DNA from: Candidatus Saccharimonadota bacterium
GTDB taxonomy: Bacteria; Patescibacteriota; Saccharimonadia; Saccharimonadales; Saccharimonadaceae
Length of the DNA: 32,000 nt
Reading direction: 5' to 3'
Assembly (NCBI GenBank): GCA_001029695.1
Contig: CP011211.1
Location: 360,001-392,000 of the forward strand
Positions within the stretch are counted from its first letter, which is position 1. Each line of letters starts with the position of its first letter. Shown piece after piece: positions 27,753 to 32,000 of this stretch. The translations under genes were made by a program, and so were the position numbers. Below the pieces are notes generated by a model. It did no database searches. It saw only the letters and a list, made by a program, of their open reading frames with translations, and was not told the DNA's origin.

Positions 27753-28790
27753 CTAAATAATAATACCGCCACCAAGACAAATATCATCATCATAAATCAC
27801 GACAGACTGCCCCGAAGCTACGGCACGCTCGGCATTATCGAGCGCTAAGGTGACGTTTTCATCCTCGTAACGTAATGTTGCGTCGACAAGCTTCGCTCGA
27901 TGTCTGACGCGTATAGAATAACGATTCTCAGCTGGCATGCCGTTAATCCAGTGAACTGCCCCGAGGAAAACTGTTTCCTTCCATAATGTCTCGTCATTGA
28001 GGTCGGTCGTCACATACACTTCATTTTTTGTCATATCCTTACCAACAACATAAAATGGTAAACCTCCGCCAAGCTCAAGACCATGACGCTGCCCAAGTGT
28101 ATAAAAAATCGCTCCATCGTGATGCCCAAGCACTTTGCCAGAACTCTTATCGATAATCTCGCCTGGCTTTTGCTGTACATACTGACTAAGAAATTCACGA
28201 ATCCCCACCTTACCAACAAAGCAGATCCCCTGGCTGTCTTTTTTCGCCGCCGTAAAAAGGCGTCGCTCTTTCGCCATTTCACGAACATGCGGCTTTGTAA
28301 ATTCGCCAAGAGGAAACAGAGTTTTTTGCAATGCCTCTCCGGTAACTCTATAAAGAAAGTATGTTTGATCTTTGTTCTGATCTACCGCCATCTTAAGGAT
28401 TCCATCGTCCACCCGCGCATAATGTCCCGTTGCAATCATATCTGCTCCATCAGCAAGTGCTGCCTCAAGAAACAGTTTAAATTTCACCTCTTGATTGCAC
28501 ATGATATCAGGATTTGGGGTACGACCAAGCTTATACTCATCAATCATATATTCGACAACCTTATGTCTGTACTCATTCTCAAAATCAAAAACCTTAAAGT
28601 CAATTCCGAGTTGAACGGCGACACGTTTTGCATCGGCAAGATCATCCGCCCAGGGACATTTCATGCCAGGCAAATCTTGGGTCCAGTTTTTCATATACAC
28701 ACCCACGACATCATAACCCTGCTCGACAAGAAGCGCCGCAGTAAGGCTTGAGTCAACACCGCCGCTCATCCCAACATAGACTTTTGTCAT
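27753..28790 (-). CDS. mnmA: tRNA-specific 2-thiouridylase MnmA
   Basis: PP-loop GMSGGVDSS, catalytic Cys regions NPDIMCNQEVKF and SQGICFVG, and the C-terminal beta-barrel region. Confidence 0.93.
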   Translation of the reverse strand: MTKVYVGMSGGVDSSLTAALLVEQGYDVVGVYMKNWTQDLPGMKCPWADDLADAKRVAVQLGIDFKVFDFENEYRHKVVEYMIDEYKLGRTPNPDIMCNQEVKFKLFLEAALADGADMIATGHYARVDDGILKMAVDQNKDQTYFLYRVTGEALQKTLFPLGEFTKPHVREMAKERRLFTAAKKDSQGICFVGKVGIREFLSQYVQQKPGEIIDKSSGKVLGHHDGAIFYTLGQRHGLELGGGLPFYVVGKDMTKNEVYVTTDLNDETLWKETVFLGAVHWINGMPAENRYSIRVRHRAKLVDATLRYEDENVTLALDNAERAVASGQSVVIYDDDICLGGGIII

Positions 28791-29392
28791 TACCGTGTGC
28801 CTCCCATATAAAAGACGATGATCTTGAAGAACTCACTCGAAGCTAGCCACCAACCTCCAGGTGTAAGCCACCACAAATCAGACCACTGGTTGTCACTCTT
28901 CACGGGGTGGTTAACGATCTTAATTTCATTACTTGCGCGCTTAGCAAATTCGAGACCGGCCCGTCGCTGATGATAGGCAGAGGTGACCAGGATAACTGAC
29001 TGAATACCATTCTTATCAAATACATCTTTCGCATTTTCGGCATTTTGCTTTGTCGTCTCGGCTGTCTCTTCAATGATAATAACGTGATCTGGAATGTCTG
29101 CCGCAATCGCTTGGCGACGCATTGCCTCTGCGTTACTTGGGCCTGTTTTATCAAGTGCTGCTCCAGAAAAAACAAGCTTATCGGCCCAGCCGTTTTTATA
29201 GAGTTGAATCGCCATTCTCGTTCGCGCCTGCGTATCACCTCCGCTCACCGCAACAATTGCATCCACCTTCTTGCAATCACCTTGCTCAGTAGGCTGACTA
29301 TCGCAATCACTCAGTCCATCGGGCGCCAAGTAACTTGAAAGTCCAAAAATAATAACCGCCAGAGCAATAAATATAGCAATCAAACCCTTCAT
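28790..29392 (-). CDS. DUF218/YdcF-family (SanA/ElyC-like) protein with N-terminal TM
   Basis: VSGGDTQARTRMAIQLYKNGWADKLVFSG...ETAETTKQNAENA...VILVTSAYHQRRA matches the DUF218 pattern. The start and stop overlap both neighbouring genes. Confidence 0.75.
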   Translation of the reverse strand: MKGLIAIFIALAVIIFGLSSYLAPDGLSDCDSQPTEQGDCKKVDAIVAVSGGDTQARTRMAIQLYKNGWADKLVFSGAALDKTGPSNAEAMRRQAIAADIPDHVIIIEETAETTKQNAENAKDVFDKNGIQSVILVTSAYHQRRAGLEFAKRASNEIKIVNHPVKSDNQWSDLWWLTPGGWWLASSEFFKIIVFYMGGTR

Positions 29393-30549
29393 GATATCTT
29401 TCCCATACGAGCATATTCTTGTGTTATTTCTTCGATGATAATTGCAGCTGCAGCATGTGTATTTTCTTCCGTAGAAAGCTTACCTAGCGTCAACCGCAAG
29501 CTACCGTCAGCTACCGAATCGGCCAGACCGATCGCCGTCAGAACATGCGAGCGAGTGCCTTTGTTGGCCGCGCAGGCACTTCCGGTTGCTACCAAAACGC
29601 CTCGTGATTCAAGCCGAAATACTAACCTTTCAGCGTCAATACCGTCAAATGAGATATGAAGATGCCCTGGAAGACGGCGTTTTTGATTGCCGGAGACTAT
29701 AGCCTCAGGAAACGCCTTAAGCAGCTGACGTTGAAGTGAGTTACGAAGCGCATCTAGTCGGTCAGCTTCGCCCTTACGATGCTTAACAGCGAGTTCGACT
29801 GCTTTTGCAAATCCTATAACGCCTGCGACATTTTCCGTCCCGCTACGGAGCCCTCGTTCTTGTCCACCACCAACAATCGCTGCCGAGATCGGGACTGATC
29901 GAGCCGCCCATAGTAGTGCAACTTGCTTCGGACCGTACACCTTTCCTGCATTTACAGTAAGCATATCAACGCCAAGTCGAGCCACCTGCACATCGAGCTG
30001 GCCAACACCCTGCGATGCGTCACTATGAAGGTATATAGGTGTCACCTCGCCCACAGATAGTCGACGTTCACGCTCCTGCCTTATAACATCCGCAATGGTA
30101 CGTAGCTGCTGTATCGTCCCAAGTTCATTGTTAGCAAGGGCGATACTTACCAGCTCCGTTTTCGGCGTGATTGCATCCGCAATTGACGCCACAGACACAC
30201 TTCCCCGTTCATCAACCTCTACAATGGTATGTTCGCGCCGCTTCGCAGCCTGCAGAACCGCGTGATGCTCAATTGAGCAGGTAACGATATGTCCCGACAC
30301 GCCACCAAACGCAAGGTTAATCGACTCGGTAGCACCTGCGGTCATGATCAGTTCATCTGCCTTTGCGCCAATAGACTGCGCAATCACCGCTTTGGCATGT
30401 TCGTAATCATTCCGTACAGCAATAGCGGGCGCGTAGGGACTCGATGGATTATAGAATTGTTCAGAATAGTACGGAAGCATTGCCTCAAGTACACGCTTAT
30501 CAACGGGCGTGGCTGCAGCATGATCAAGATAGATAACTTCGTTTGGCAT
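29389..30549 (-). CDS. cysteine desulfurase (NifS/IscS/YrvO family, PLP-dependent)
   Basis: IYLDHAAATP N-terminus, HSDASQ, PLP-lysine context NAGKVYGPK and catalytic Cys loop ATGSACAA. Confidence 0.9.
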   Translation of the reverse strand: MPNEVIYLDHAAATPVDKRVLEAMLPYYSEQFYNPSSPYAPAIAVRNDYEHAKAVIAQSIGAKADELIMTAGATESINLAFGGVSGHIVTCSIEHHAVLQAAKRREHTIVEVDERGSVSVASIADAITPKTELVSIALANNELGTIQQLRTIADVIRQERERRLSVGEVTPIYLHSDASQGVGQLDVQVARLGVDMLTVNAGKVYGPKQVALLWAARSVPISAAIVGGGQERGLRSGTENVAGVIGFAKAVELAVKHRKGEADRLDALRNSLQRQLLKAFPEAIVSGNQKRRLPGHLHISFDGIDAERLVFRLESRGVLVATGSACAANKGTRSHVLTAIGLADSVADGSLRLTLGKLSTEENTHAAAAIIIEEITQEYARMGKIS

Positions 30550-30576
30550 TACTTGTCTTATTATAGCAATAAATTA

Positions 30577-31020
30577 CTAAACGAGGCTCTGTCCCGTCGC
30601 AGGATCTCGTTTATAAATCTCTCGAGCGACTCGCTCATAATAAAGACGTGTTGCAACTAAAAAGTTTTTTAGTTCATCTCCTTCGATAAAATTGTATCGA
30701 GCGCCCTCTTGTACTTTCAAAATACCATTTGGGTGGATCTCATAGCGAGTTGTCGTACTACGCTTTTTATTTAAATGATCAGACCACTCCTCGTACCAAA
30801 TCCAGGTACTGCGATCGAGATTAAAAAACTGTCTGTGATGCCCTTTTGGAATTTCACCAAAAAGCGTTGCACCAATTTCGCTTTCAAGCTGAATAAGCTC
30901 ACGTGTAGTGAGTTTTCGAAATGGTCGTGATTTTTTAGGAAGCGAGATCGTAGGTACTGAAATAGCGTCGGGTTCGCTGCCGACAAGAAGTTCGTAGGCT
31001 TTTTTCAGTAGGTCAGGCAC
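30577..31020 (-). CDS. hypothetical protein, 147 aa, mildly basic
   Basis: The GTG start immediately follows the TAG stop of the upstream ORF (cagTAGGTGcct). I recognise no motif. Confidence 0.5.
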   Translation of the reverse strand: MPDLLKKAYELLVGSEPDAISVPTISLPKKSRPFRKLTTRELIQLESEIGATLFGEIPKGHHRQFFNLDRSTWIWYEEWSDHLNKKRSTTTRYEIHPNGILKVQEGARYNFIEGDELKNFLVATRLYYERVAREIYKRDPATGQSLV

Positions 31021-31449
31021 CTACTGCGCCCCACTGACAAGATCGTGCTGTTCGCGAAAAAGTGCGACTCTATCTCCAATATTAAGAAGCGCCTCAAGCT
31101 GCTGCATGTCTGCGGCACGTTGCTCCGGAGATGTACTGAGTTGCTCATGAACATCTTCTCGTGCTTGCTTCTGCGCGTCAGAGTAACTCGTATCTTCCAG
31201 ACGACCCAAAAGAGGTTCATTGCCAATAATTTCATAAAAATCATCGTCACCCACTGATTGTGGAGTGGTGATATGGTCGACATTTTGCTGCGGCGCCAGT
31301 GTATCAATATGACGATCTAGCATCGTCTGTTGACGTAGCTGTTCCAGGTTTGCGTCGACATTCTCAAGCGTCGTTGGATACACGAAGACATTCGGCTGGG
31401 TGTGGCCGTTTTGATCATAGGATGGTGGTGTGGCGTAAGCTACAGACAT
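31021..31449 (-). CDS. hypothetical protein, 142 aa, strongly acidic and Q-rich
   Basis: About 24 D/E versus 8 K/R by count. The gene is translationally abutted to the downstream ORF. Confidence 0.5.
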   Translation of the reverse strand: MSVAYATPPSYDQNGHTQPNVFVYPTTLENVDANLEQLRQQTMLDRHIDTLAPQQNVDHITTPQSVGDDDFYEIIGNEPLLGRLEDTSYSDAQKQAREDVHEQLSTSPEQRAADMQQLEALLNIGDRVALFREQHDLVSGAQ

Positions 31450-31500
31450 GACATAAATCTCTCATTAATTAAATGATCTTTTTGAAATGTATGTTTGTGT

Positions 31501-32000
31501 TTAGAGTGCGAATAACGCAGTGGCATTTGCAGATGTAGCGGTTGCGATTTCATCGAACTGCATACCCCGTATATCGGCATGGTGCTGTGCAACATACCTC
31601 ACAAATGCTGGCTCATTTACTTTACCACGCTTTGGCGTAGGCGTCAAGAATGGTGCATCGGTTTCAAGCAGAAGCCGCTCAACCGGAATTTGAGCAAACA
31701 TCGCTTTCTGCGACTCATCTTTCGTAAACGTACTGATACCATTTACACCGATATATAGCCCTCGAGCAAGTGCCTGTTCGAGATTTACTTGCGTATCCGT
31801 AAAACTATGCAGTTCACCGCGTATTCCATGAAAGTTATCAAAAACCGGCCAGAAATCATCAAACGCTTCACGAACATGAAAAATGATCGGTAATTTTGAC
31901 TCAAGTGCTGTATGAATTTGCGACTCAAGCGCTCGTAGCTGCACATCACGCGGACTATGAGTATAGAAATAATCGAGACCAATCTCTCCGATAGCGACAA
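31501..32000 (-). CDS. TatD-family metal-dependent hydrolase/DNase; 5' end lies outside the window
   Basis: The frame stays open to nt 32000 and reads VAIGEIGLDYFYTHSPRD upstream of the track's GTG. The motifs GELHSF and LLLETDAPFLTP are also present. Confidence 0.85.
   Translation of the reverse strand, partial: VAIGEIGLDYFYTHSPRDVQLRALESQIHTALESKLPIIFHVREAFDDFWPVFDNFHGIRGELHSFTDTQVNLEQALARGLYIGVNGISTFTKDESQKAMFAQIPVERLLLETDAPFLTPTPKRGKVNEPAFVRYVAQHHADIRGMQFDEIATATSANATALFAL

Noticed and set aside
28083-28751. 222-aa plus-strand ORF inside mnmA
   Set aside because: It is antisense to a complete MnmA with PP-loop and catalytic cysteines. It has no SD and an implausible sequence.
30577-31449. 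Calling the coupled 142/147-aa pair a toxin-antitoxin system
   Set aside because: Only the tight coupling and the charge asymmetry support it. There is no recognisable toxin or antitoxin fold or DNA-binding motif, and both proteins are larger than typical type II pairs.

Overview
This is a mostly housekeeping chromosomal segment, about 90% coding and largely on the minus strand. It probably comes from a small-genome, Gram-positive-like bacterium. Gene content, type IV pilins, a LysM-CHAP wall hydrolase and a Firmicute-like gene order (cysteine desulfurase-mnmA ... alaS ... ruvX-mltG) make Patescibacteria/Saccharibacteria a reasonable guess. I cannot verify that without a database search.

Recognisable genes:
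- ABC exporter (5'-truncated)
- Rnk/GreA-like factor
- DEAH/RHA helicase
- bL25/Ctc
- DedA
- UvrA
- exonuclease I
- four-gene pilin cluster
- Obg
- LysM-CHAP hydrolase
- MltG
- RuvX
- FtsA
- AlaRS (short form)
- MnmA
- DUF218 protein
- cysteine desulfurase
- TatD (runs off the 3' edge)

I saw no rRNA, tRNA, CRISPR array, transposase or integrase, and no recognisable defence island.

The parts that housekeeping does not explain:
1. Two divergently transcribed giant pilin-like proteins share a cysteine-rich C-terminal module that I do not recognise.
2. An ORF-free locus of about 315 nt carries a consensus sigma70-type promoter, several perfect hairpins and an intrinsic terminator. It is a candidate unclassified structured RNA.
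3. A self-contained mini-gene encodes a 24-aa hydrophobic peptide that is absent from the ORF track.
4. A LysM-CHAP hydrolase can acquire its membrane anchor only through a non-AUG (AUU/AUA) start. It sits behind a leader of about 230 nt.
5. First genes of transcription units repeatedly have a -10 box abutting the start codon, which suggests leaderless mRNAs.

All functional calls come from motif recognition by eye. No searches were run.
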